From NCBI RefSeq assembly GCF_009914755.1, contig NC_060941.1: a DNA stretch of 64,000 nucleotides, one strand, 5' to 3'. The notes under the pieces are model-generated. The model saw only the letters and a list, made by a program, of their open reading frames with translations, did not search any database and was not told the origin of the DNA. The stretch's first letter is position 1. Every line of letters starts with the position of its first letter. Below, piece after piece: positions 46,802-62,025 of this stretch. The DNA comes from the human T2T-CHM13v2.0 reference genome, Homo sapiens. Both the position numbers and the translations under genes were made by a program.

Positions 46802-46995
46802 TGGTCAGAGGTCAGAGCCCTGTCCAGGGTCAAAGGTCAGGGCTCTGTTTGAGGTCAAAGCTCAGACCCTGTCAGGGATCAGGGGTCACTGCTCTCCTCA
46901 AGGTCAGAGCTCTGATTTGAGGCAGGGTCAGAGTTCAGGGCTCTGTCCAGGGTCAGAGGTCAAGGTTCCTCCAAGGTCAGAGCTCAGTTTGGGGC
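46802..46995 (+). repeat. Degenerate 8-unit ~24.5-bp tandem array, each unit starting with an RGGTCA-N-RGKTCA-like direct repeat
   Basis: Unit starts 46802, 46827, 46852, 46876, 46901, 46925, 46950, 46974. Confidence 0.8.
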
Positions 46996-47198
46996 CAGAG
47001 TGAGGATCTGGACCGATGCCAGGTCTCCATCAGCAGACGCCCAGCTCTCTAAAGGCAGAAGCAAGCCCCCAGGACTTCCTTCACCTTCTCCCTATCCCAG
47101 GGCCTGCCCTCAGCAGCTCTAGCAGTGGCCCAGCAAACACCCAGAGGAAGGTTCCCCTCCCCCGAATCCAGGCAGGGCCCCAAAAGGACCTCACTCAC

Positions 47199-47393
47199 TG
47201 CGGGAGGCACCCACGGGTGCCATGCTGTCCGAGGACTCCGAGCTCTCGCTGTGGGAGCTCCCCTCGCTCATCCTCCGTCCTGGGCGCTGGAACCTCGAGG
47301 CCTGAGGGGGCGAGGCAGGGGCATCCAGAAGTGGCGGGCTGTCCCGGGAGCTGCCCTCCAGGAAGAGGGGGCTGTGGGTGTGTAGGGCATCAG
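47199..47393 (-). CDS. PITPNM3: PITPNM3 exon 12 (DALHTHSP...VGASR)
   Basis: AG/GT bounded, 195 nt. Confidence 0.97.
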
Positions 47394-48694
47394 CTGGAGG
47401 GGGAATTTCAAGGTCAGGCTGAGTCACGTGTCTCCAGCAGAGCTGCCCACTCAGTGCCAGCCCCATGCTGGGAGGGAGGCTGGGCACTTGGAGGAGTCAG
47501 CCCCGGCTCTGCTCACTTGCCAGCCCAGCAGGCACCTGCCCCTCTCACTGTGCCCACCCCACCAGTCCCCTGGGCCTGAAGGGACCCCGCTGCCACCGCA
47601 TATTGCCGCATTTACCTCCTTGCAGCTGTGAGTTATGCAGACACAAGCTGGAGTCCCAGCCATCACCCCTACCCCCAATAAAGCTGCAGAGGGAGCCTCT
47701 GGGACGTTGCCCCAAAAGCACCAGCTGAGGTCCCAGGAGTGACTCATAGCCATATCCTCTCTTATCCAACTCCTCCCCTGCGCCACAAAGAATTGAGGCT
47801 GCCTCTGGAAGGGAATGGGGACTCCAGCCTGAGAGCTAGGATAGCCTCAGGGGAGGGAGGGGAGTCCCCTGACCAAAGAGGGATCCATGGGGGAGGGAGG
47901 TTTCCAGCCTAGCCGACCTATTGAAGCTCCAGGCAGGCAGGGATTTGGAAATAAAGGCTCCATTGAATTAGGGGTGAGGAAGGGATGGTTTTTAATCCTG
48001 AATCGGCCCCATGCACAACTCCCCCATCCCTGACGCAAACCTCTGAGCAGGCTTAGGCTAAATTTCCTCAAGTAGGGCGTGGAGCCAAGGCTCCGATTTC
48101 CAAGCTGCTGACTGTCCATTACAGGTCTCCCATCGACGATACACTCGGTCCATGCCCGGTTCACCCCACTTGACCCTGGAGGCCACTGGCTCTTCGCCAA
48201 AACACCTGCCCTCGCTCCTGCTGTTCTCCCTGCCTGGAAGATCTCAACCCTCATCCTCTAGCTCTTCTCCACCTGCCCAAATGCACCTCCCCTCTCTGGA
48301 CCCTAATCAAAGGCCACCTCTTCCATGAAGCCCACCAGGATGGCACACTCTCTGCCCTACCCCTTCAGAGTCCAGGCTGGGCACTCATAAAAAAAATAGA
48401 TTGGAGCACGGATCCCTGGACCCGCCATCAGCTCTGAAAGCTCAAGTTTACACCAGCCCTGGCCACAGGAGTGTGTCCGGGAGCCTGTTGGGGGCCTCTG
48501 AGCCCCAAGATGCCTCAGACAAGCAGGTGCTTAGCACAGGTGGGCGACTCTGAAGACAGAGGAGTCGGCTAACCTTCTGTTCTCACAGCCCCTGCTCAGG
48601 TGAGTCACCCTACTCACTGAGAGCTTGGAGGGGTTGAATGGGCTGGGGCCCCACCTCCAGCTCAGCACACTCTCTCCCACCCCCAAGAACCTAC

Positions 48695-48865
48695 CGAGGA
48701 GGAGGGACTGCCCATCGCCCAGTGGGAACCTCTGGTAGCGAGGCACGCTGACAGGCGGCACCAGGTGGAACTTGGGCTCCAGCAGTGGCTCGAGCCGTGA
48801 GGCAGAGGGGTCTGCGCAATGGAAGAAGCTGTAGACCTGGCTGCAGGCAGGACGCACCTGGAAGC
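48695..48865 (-). CDS. PITPNM3: PITPNM3 exon 11 ([19 protein letters not shown]...QSLLL), DDHD
   Basis: AG/GT bounded, 171 nt. Confidence 0.97.
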
Positions 48866-49732
48866 CTGGGGTGAGTGGGAAGACAGAGGGAAGCCACTTT
48901 CTAGTACCTGCTCCCTGGGCCCTAGGAGGCTCCCTGGAATGCAGCCTGGAGTAGCCTACTCCCCTCTCAAGAGCCTCCCCGGGCTCCCTGCTCCCCACGG
49001 GAACAAAGCCATTACGTTCAGTTTGTCTCCCCACCCAGGAGCGCAGTGACAGGCACCCAGCACTGCAGCCGTGCTGCACAGCTGCCCTTCCCCAATCAGG
49101 CTTGCAGCTTTCCTTTCTTTGAGCCTTTGCTCAAAACATCCCTTCTCCTTGTGGGCCCTCCCTCCCCCATTTCCACGGGGCAACTCCTTTAGATTCTTCC
49201 AGTTTTCACTCAGTTACCACCTGACCTAGGAAGCCAACCCAGGTTCCTTCAGGCAGGTCAGCTGCCCCTTCCACAGGCCTCAAGGCTATAAACACTCAGT
49301 TCCCAGGCCTGCTGCTAGAGTTCCAGGTTTGCCAGAGCTGGTGGAACACTTCTCTCGCTGACCAGCAGGTGTCTCCACTGAGGCATCCACCTCATCGGCG
49401 GGCCTCCCTGTCCTCCTAGAACAGGGACTGGACCGTCCAGCATCCAGGGAGCCCTAGGGTTCATTAGCGACACTGAGGGCAGCCATGGGGTTCTGCCTCC
49501 TCGCCTCCATTTCTACCACCCACTTTATCTGTTCCATACTGTAGCTTGTCAGTAAGCTTTGGCCAAAAGCATGGATCTGTGGATACCCAAGGTGCCCTGC
49601 AGCCTCAGACGGTCTGTACTTCTGTCCTTAAGAGTCACAGATACCCTCCCCACCCCTCATGCCTGCTGGTGCCAATCGCCTGGTGTGTACATTTTAGAGG
49701 AGCAGGAAAAGGCATTCGAGGTTGCAGGTATT

Positions 49733-50703
<971 letters not shown>

Positions 50704-53066
50704 TCACACAGCAGCGCAGCCTGAATTCTGAGCGTGAAGTGCCCAACCCTCCATCTCTGGGGCGGGGCTGAGAGTCCACCGGCTGCACACCACCTACAGT
50801 CAGCACTGGCCACCAAGGCCTGGCTGATATTTGGCTAGAAAAGGAATCAACAAACTTTTTCTGCAAAGGGCCAGAGAGTCAATATTTCAGACGACATGGA
50901 CCGTGTGGTCTCCATTGCATCTAGTTAACTCTGCCATTGCAGCATAAAAGCGCCCATGGACAGTGATTAAATATGCATGGCTGGGATCCAATCAAATGTT
51001 ACTTACAAAAACAGGCTGAGCACCTGGGGCGCCTGAGCATCCTACACACTGGCAGGCCTGCCTCGTCATGCTGGCTTTGTGTTGGCCACACTGAGGATTC
51101 CTGCACTGTGTACCAGACAAGCCCAGCCTGCCCAACACTCAGCTGGCTAACGTCAGTTCTGTTCTGCTGGGATCAGGGCTTTCATCGTAATTCCTGTTCC
51201 AGGCAACCCGCAGACACAGATGCAAACAGCTTGGTCTCCCCACCCCCAGCCCCAGCCCACAGATGAAGCAGAGCTTAAGGAGAAAAATGTGAGACACACA
51301 GAATTCCAACCATTTCCAACCCAGGTGCCCACTGTCCCGGGAAGAATCCAAGTTACGTTCAGCCACAGACCCAGAGTAGGACGCTGAGAATCAGAAGGAA
51401 ACCTGGGCACCTCCCTGACCTTCCAGCCAGCCATTAGCTGCAGCTTAGAGTGAATCGATTAACTGAATGCAAAGCAACTAAACTACTTGAGTCAGAGGAG
51501 AACAAACTTTAGAAAGAGCTATTGAAATCATGTGGACAAGTGCCCCACCCTCAGGAGTGAGCGAGTCTGCAAAGTTGAATCCTCAGTCTCCGCACTCCCT
51601 CCTGCCTCTTGCAGTGTGAGCATCTCACAGTGAGATGATGACTCTGATGTTTAACAATACATATTTCATGTACAGCGTGGTCCCTAAACACACGCCAACT
51701 ACTTAATTGCCAAAGAAACCACCATCTGTCCCTACACCAGAGGGGAAAGCTGGCTGTGTCAGACCAGCTCCTGGAAGCCTCCAACTTCTCATCACTCTCC
51801 AAATTTGGGGCTCTCCTAAAGGATTTTTCAAGGATGAGCCAGGACTGTTGAGATTTTTCACCTTGCAAGCCTCACTAGAAGGTAGCTGCTTTTCTAAAGG
51901 ATCATCTGTCAGCGGGGCTTTAAACATTCAGAGATTTAAATGTGCAGAGCCTTTGACCTAATAATTCTTCCTCCAGGAATCCATCCAAATATAATCACCC
52001 TAATATATACATTAACGTTTATGCACAAAGATGTTCACTGTAGGGCTATTTATACTGCTAAGGAATTGGAAACAGCCAAAATGCCTAATTATAGGGATTA
52101 AGTAAACTGATATCCATTCATTCGACATTATATTGCCATTAAGAATATTTATCAAGTATTTTTAATTATATCAGGAAAAGATCACAATATAAAGGGTTTT
52201 TTTTAAAATAAAACGATCTTAAAAGCATGTAGAAGGAAACAGTCTCTATGTTAACAATGAGACTGTTGGCTCCCTCTGGGTGGTGAGATGATTATCTTCC
52301 AAATGTTGTAATGACCTCATGATACTTATCACTTGGGTAAGGAGGAAGGAGAAAGGAAGGAAGAAGAGAGCTGAGGAGCAGAGGAAAAAGAAAGAGACAT
52401 TCCTTCCAATTTGGGTCCAAGTTCAATTAACGTGTAAGCTGAATTAATGTGCAGATAATGTGTTTAGCCCACATTGATTAACATGTCTCTTCTAGAAAGT
52501 TAAAGGGCAAACAGTTCTGTAGAGGAGCCTGCCTGGCCCATAAACAAAAGTGTGTTGGATTAGAAACATGAACTTGGGATAGGGAGACCAGAATGATGAT
52601 CCCAGCTCTTCCGTCACTGGCTGCATGACCTCTAGAAAGTTCCTGACCTACTTGACCCTCTCTTTCCCTATGAGAAATGATAACAACACACACCTCGGGT
52701 GACTCACAAAACACAGTCACAGCAATTACTCCGCCAGGTTCTTAAAACCATGCAGTGAAGTAGGCTGGGCAGCATTATCTTTTTGCAGAAGAAAAGCCGA
52801 GGCTCAGAAAAGGACGACTGTTCCCAGTCTCTCTGCAAGTCAGAGCAGGGCAGGGACAGGGAACCAGGTTCCAGAGTCTCAGTACAGGGCTGCCGACGAG
52901 TGGCTGTGGTCCCTCAGTACAGGGCCGATGGCGAGTGGCCTTGGTCCCAGCATTTCAGTGCTTATCTATGGGCCCCCATGGAAGGGCCTGGGACATCTGA
53001 CTGGTCACAGCCCTCCCAGTTGGCTCTGAGCCAAGGTCTTCTTGCTTCTGGACAGGGAGGGGCTAC

Positions 53067-53251
53067 CTTGAGAGGAAGGCATGGTGCTGGGTGATGGCCT
53101 CGCAGTCATAGGTGGAGGAGTCGCTCTGTTTCCGCGGCAACGGCCTCTTGGGCTCCTCATCCTCCAACCCACTGGAGATGTCAATGTTGCTTTTGCTGAG
53201 ACGCTTGCTGCTGGCCAGGCTGCAATCTTCCTCCACCGCGACTGGGGTGTC
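53067..53251 (-). CDS. PITPNM3: PITPNM3 exon 9 (DTPVAVEED...HAFLS)
   Basis: AAG acceptor, GTAG donor, 185 nt. Confidence 0.95.
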
Positions 53252-53563
53252 CTTTGGGACCGAACAGGGGACAGGAGAGAAAAAGACTGTTGTCACGGGA
53301 GACTCTGGGGCCTTGTCTCCTCCCCCCAAGCACAAACCAACCCCTTCATCCTAAGATGTGAGGGGCTACCCTTCTTCCAAAAGACACAGGAAGCCACATT
53401 GCAATCATGGTAGGATTTTAGGCACAGGCTCTCTCCCGCATCCACCGGGATTGACATTCCCACTGGGATGCTGGATGGCTGTCGAAGGGGCCAAATCCAG
53501 CTCTCCAGGCCTCAGTTTCCACACCTGTCATAATAATCCCCTGCTACTCTTGTAGAATTATGA

Positions 53564-53929
<366 letters not shown>

Positions 53930-53973
53930 TGAAGAACCAGCACTCTCTCCCCGAGGGGCAGGCCCTGCTCCTA

Positions 53974-55136
<1,163 letters not shown>

Positions 55137-57184
55137 TCATCATGGCAGACTTCCTGGAGGAGGTGGGGCTTGAACTAGGCCTCAAGAAAGGCTTTGGAGA
55201 AGCTGGGAAAGGAGGAGAGAGGACATGCCAGGCTTGGGGTTCACATGTTGGCCACAGCTTGGAGCTGGGCACATAGCTGCAGACATGATGTTGTGTTCAT
55301 TGCATCACTGGGAGAAGATCAGAGCTTTCATCAGCTTTGCAGAAAGTTCTGTGACCCCCGAGGGGGCTGAAAGCCTGCCCCACAGTGTCCAGCCAGCAGA
55401 CTGTCCAGACTTTGCATTGGCACCCTCAACTCCCTACCTTCCCACTAGGAAATCCCCTTCTCTCTGGGCAGCTCAGACTCACCTGAGACCAGTGCCTCCA
55501 AGTCACCTACCCCTCCCTCTGCCCCCATCTCTGCTTCTGTTCCCTGGGGCTTCCGACCCAGATGCACTGTTGGACCTGGCTGGTCATGAAGGACCATACA
55601 GGGAGGCTGGGAACTCTCCACCCCTGCCCAGAGCCTGCCCTTCCCCCTTAGCCCAAGCTCAGGCTGATGGAGCCCAGTGCACATCCCACTGGGACTCGAC
55701 AGAATCTGGGGCAGGTGACAGGGCTGGAGCACTCTCAGCAGGTGGCAGAGTCCTCGTGGTGTACAAGGCTGGCCCTGTCAGCCATTCCTCATCTCCAAAG
55801 AACACAAATTAGAGGAAGCAGGCCTCGATTGCAGCCGGAGAGATTTTAATTAGCTGAGAAAGAGCTCCCTCCCAGCCGTGATTATGGGGTGATGAATGGC
55901 CCTGGCAAGGAGCTGCCTGGGGGAGAACTAAGCTCCCTCCCGCTGGCCCCATGAATGAATGGCCAGGCCATCCGTCTTCCTGGAGATAGGGGTGACCCAG
56001 CTCTGGAGGTCAGATGTCCTGGGGACAGGTAGAGGGGTTCCTGAGACGGATGATGAACTAGCACAGTGAAGTCCTGGACTATCAGAGTGACAAGGGAACA
56101 TTCTGCGCCACCAGTTCAGCAATGAGCAGGTGTCAAAGATGCAGATTCCGGGGCACCTCCCTCCTGAATCAGCCACTGCTGGAGGGAGGCCTGGACATCT
56201 CGCAGTTTAACAAGAATCACACCAGGGATTTGGGCAATTAGCCAGGTTGCGGAATTACAGACCTAATCTTCCTTCCTTCCAACTCTGATTGAGATCTGCC
56301 TGCAATTCCTGTTGGTGTCCAAGGAACGCAGATAAATCAGAGTCTCTGACTTTCCCCCAATCTAGAGGGGGAAAAGGAAGGCCCAGGGAAGAGAAGGGGC
56401 TTGCCCGTGCTCTCTCCTGACTGGCTGGAAGCTCCAGGGCAGGGGACTTTGGCCCTCCCCGCACTGAGCCCTCCTCAGAGCCACAGTTGGCTGAGAACAT
56501 CGGCTCCCATTCTCCTGGGGAATTCAGAGTGCGGTGCGCCCCACACACCTGGCACCCTGCTGGGGACCTCTTCCCACCCTTCCCAGCTCCGGAGCCCCGG
56601 GGTATGAGGGCTCTGCCTGAGGGCTGGGCTCTGCAGCAGCCCCAAGTCTCTGGCGAGGTCCTGTGAGGGGGACAGGCAGAACAGAGGTGCAGAGGCCTCC
56701 CTCCTGCCCCTGACTGAAAGTTCCAAAGCTTCCAGCTGCCAGCCCCAGTGATCTGCCGAATGCCTATAGGATTTGGGCCCTGTAGGCGTTTGGGTCATTT
56801 TTGCACATATGACTGCTGAGAACCCAGGTATCCACCCGGCCCCAGGCACCTACCTTTAGCTAGTTCAACAGGATAGGCAGGAGGGGAGCACTGCAGCCCT
56901 CAGTGCCTGGAGCAGTGGGTGGAGCTCCCAGAGGCCCCATACCCTGGAGGTCCCCTCAGTTTGTCCCCCACAGGTGCCAGGGCCCACAGTGGGCAAGGAT
57001 GTGCCAGCGTCAGCAGTGAGCAAGCTGCCCAGCGCTCAACCAGCCCTTCTGTGGACACATCCTTCCCTCCTTTCTCCCCACCAGCTGGGTTCCCTGCTGC
57101 GAGTTGGAAGTCTCTCTCCCCAGCCCACTCTCCACCTGCAGAGAGAGCCCCTCTTCCAGCCAGGAGGAAGATGATGTGAGTCAT

Positions 57185-57436
57185 GGCCAGCATCCCCGAA
57201 GCTGGCATCCCCACAGTTAGTATCCCCAAGGCTGGCATCCCCATGGCTAGTATCTCCAAGACTAGTATCCCCAAGGCTGGCATCCCTATGGCTAGTATCT
57301 CCAAGGTTGGCATCCCCATAGCTAGTATCCCTGAGGCTAGTATCCCCATGGCTAGATCCCCACAGCTGGCATCCCCAAGGCTGGCATCCCCAAGGTCAGC
57401 ATCCCCAAGGCTGGCATTCCCAAGGCTGGCATCCCT
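57185..57436. repeat. 15-bp minisatellite (GGCTRGYATCCCCAW), about 17 units
   Basis: Direct reading. Confidence 0.92.
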
Positions 57437-57747
57437 ATGTGCTTTCTACATTCTGGACACTGTGTTGAGTGCTTCACACACATTAGCACACAGACTCTTC
57501 ACAGCCACCCTGAGAGGTTATTTACTATGGCTACCTTCATTGTACAGATTAGGAAATTGAGACAAGGAGAAGTTAAACACCTTCCCCAGACCACACAGCC
57601 AGGACTCAAATCCAGGCGGCCTGAGAGCCCACACACTTAGCCGTGGTATGCAAACCCAAAAGTCACTCCTCCAGGAAGTCCTCTCTGGCCTTTCTCAGAG
57701 AGCCCACAGTGCCCTGTGCTCTGTGATATTATGCTCCATCAGAGCAC

Positions 57748-57776
57748 TGTGATATTATGAGGTAGATAGATCAGAT

Positions 57777-57830
<54 letters not shown>

Positions 57831-57895
57831 GGATGGACAGATGGATGGATGGATGGACGGGTGGATGGATGAATAGATAGATAAATAGAATAGAA

Positions 57896-57933
<38 letters not shown>

Positions 57934-58013
57934 CATAGATAGGTTTTGTCCACAGTTCCTGGCTCCCATAGCCGTTGTTATAATGTTGGGGCACTTAGCC
58001 CTAGGAAAACAGA

Positions 58014-58094
<81 letters not shown>

Positions 58095-58855
58095 ATTCTC
58101 CTGCCCTCCTTGAGCTGGCTGTGAAGAAATTCTCTGATCTCCGTTGTCTGATTTAGGTCATGAGACCCTCATTTCAGAAGGAGTCCTGCCCCATACCCAG
58201 GAGGAAGGAATGCTGCAGAGGCCAAGAAGAATCTGAGCAGACAGGCCCTGTTGGGTTTCCCGACTTGGTCTGAGTGTCAGCCCCTTTCTGTCCAACCACA
58301 TATCTATGTTGTCAATCATGCCTAGCCAATGACACCTCCATTAAAGGGCCAAAAGGACAGGAGAGCTTCCGGAGAGCTGAACGCGTGGAGGTTCCTAGTG
58401 GCTGGCACACCTAGGGAAGCTCCGTGCCCCTTCCCCCATACCTCACCTTATGCATCTCTTCATCTGTATCCTTTATAATAAACCAGTAAATGTGATTCAG
58501 CATTTTCCTGAGTTCTGTGAGCCGATCTAGCAATTAATTGAACCCAGTGACAGGGTTGTGAGAACCCCAGCTTGAAGCTGGGCTGTCAGCAGCACAGATA
58601 AAACAAACTGGGGCATGGTATCGGTGTCAGAAGTTTGGGGCAGTCTTGTGGGACCAAGCTCTCACCCCGTGGGATCTGATGCTATCTCCAGGTAGACAGA
58701 GGCAGAATTGAATTGGAGGGCACCCAGCTGGTGTCCACAGCAGAACTGATTGCTTGGTGTGTATGGAAACAGCCCCTCACATGTGGCCCGGAAGTCTTCT
58801 GTGTTGACTGTTATGGTGTGAGAGCAAAGGAAAAACACCATTCGTGTTTTTCAGA
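57748..58855 (+). mobile_element. LTR (MER21-like) with expanded GATA/GGAT/GA and (CT)n microsatellites
   Basis: TGTGATATT start, ttataataaaccagtaaatg polyA region; family from memory. Confidence 0.7.
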
Positions 58856-58934
58856 TTCCTACTTGGCTGCAATCGTGTGGCCGAGTTTGACTCCTGTCTC
58901 CATGGGCTGGGCGACCCTGGGGGAAACTAGCTAA

Positions 58935-59246
<312 letters not shown>

Positions 59247-59519
59247 CAACACTCAGTGTCTTTATCTGGGCCAAACAGATCAGGCTTGTTGAACACTGGA
59301 AGTGGATCAAGATTTCATGGGGACCCCAGCACACCCAGGCCCAGGCAGAGGACTCTTCCCACACCTTCCACCAGGGATGCTTGTGTTTCGTCACGATCTG
59401 ACACCCCAGAGAGTCCTTGCAGGTACCCACCTGCCCACGGGGTCCATGCTGCAGGGGGAGCCCCTCCACTTAGTTCCCCCACCAACCCCAACCAGTTCAA
59501 ACAAGCAGAAATGGACTCA

Positions 59520-59852
<333 letters not shown>

Positions 59853-60219
59853 TCACACACACGCACACACGGGGAGACTGAGGCCAGAGAAGCAGGCACT
59901 ATGTCCAGCCTGTCTCAGCTGCAATCTGAGGAGCAGTCTCAGCTCTAATACACCCTGCTGTGTGATAGAACCTCTGGTGCATTCAGAGTGAGGGAAGGAC
60001 ATGGGCTGCCAGGAGGGATGTCAGGGCAGGAAGAGTCCCAAGAGATGCTTCCTGTTCATATGGGAACCCAAAGCCCAGAGAAGGACACAGACCCACCCAG
60101 GGTCACACAGCAAGTCAGACGAAGAGCTGGAAGAAAACGAGGCCGCCTATGATCCGAGGGCTCTTCCTAAAATCCTGGCCTCTGAGTTGAGCCCAGACAC
60201 CCTCCGAAGCCCAGCCTAC

Positions 60220-60296
60220 CTCGCTGTCTTCGTGGATCTCGATGCTTCCCTGGGCTGGGAACCTCTGTCTTCTCAAGGAAACCCGGTACAGTTCTC
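60220..60296 (-). CDS. PITPNM3: PITPNM3 exon 5 (ELYRVSLRRQRFPAQGSIEIHEDSE)
   Basis: TGCAG acceptor, GTAG donor, 77 nt. Confidence 0.94.
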
Positions 60297-60689
60297 CTGC
60301 AGAGGGAAAGAGGGGAGCTCAGCATCTCCAGGCTTCCCTACAGTGACCAGACACTCCCTGGGCCCAGCTGGCCCTAAAGGTGAGACCTTGGCTTACATCA
60401 CAGGTGAGCTCAAGTTAGAGTCTGGAGCTAGGGAGAGTCACCCCATCCAGGCCCTGCCTCTGAAACCAACACAACATGAAACCCTTTCTCCTCATAAGGA
60501 AAAGGGAGGGTGGCAGAGTGAGGCCATCGCGGATGGTGCTCCTGAAAGGAGGGGCTTCCTCGAAAGGAACTAGCCTGCGTTTCTTCACCAGGACAGCAGC
60601 AAGGGTGAGTACCACCTGAGGACTTCCACTTCCAGTTATGGACAGCGATTTGAGCAAAGCCTCCCGCTGAGAACAACTAGAAGAGCTGG

Positions 60690-61530
<841 letters not shown>

Positions 61531-61809
61531 CTGGATACATACTTAAAAAAAAAATATCTGTTTGAAGTTAACAGAGAAATAATAGAGGCTTGAATTACGG
61601 GACCACTTTCCAGGGAAGGTAGACTCCCAGAGAGTTAAGGTCGGCATTTGAAACATTACTGGCATTGCCCATGAGCTTTAGGGTAAAGCTGGCCTTTGCC
61701 AGAAATCTCTCCTTGCTCCTCTCAGCAGCCTGGGCTCAACGCCTCCTCCTTCAAGAAGTCCTTCTTGGCTCCCAGCCCTCCCTGAGCTCTCATTTACCTA
61801 ACACAGAAT

Positions 61810-62025
61810 TCAGTAAACCACAGCCATGGACCAAATCTGCCCCACTGCCTGTTTTTGTAAATAAAGTTTTATTGGAACACACTCAGGCTCCTTCATTTAC
61901 ATATTGTCTATGGCAGGCGGCTTTTGTGCTACAGCAGCAGAGCAGTTGCAGCAGACACCTTACAGCTCACAAAGCTGAAAATATTTATTATCTGGCCCTT
62001 TCCAGAAATGTCTGTCAACCCCTGA
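61810..62025. mobile_element. MER58A-like hAT MITE
   Basis: ccaaatctgcccactgcctgtttttgtaaataaagttttattggaacac. Confidence 0.75.

Noticed and set aside
52878-52947. 35-bp tandem duplication (similar small ones at ~29950-29998 and ~38901-38946)
   Set aside because: Ordinary local slippage duplications with no motif or context suggesting function
56900-57560. 149-aa and 125-aa repetitive ORFs on both strands
   Set aside because: By-product of the 15-bp minisatellite; no splice or domain support
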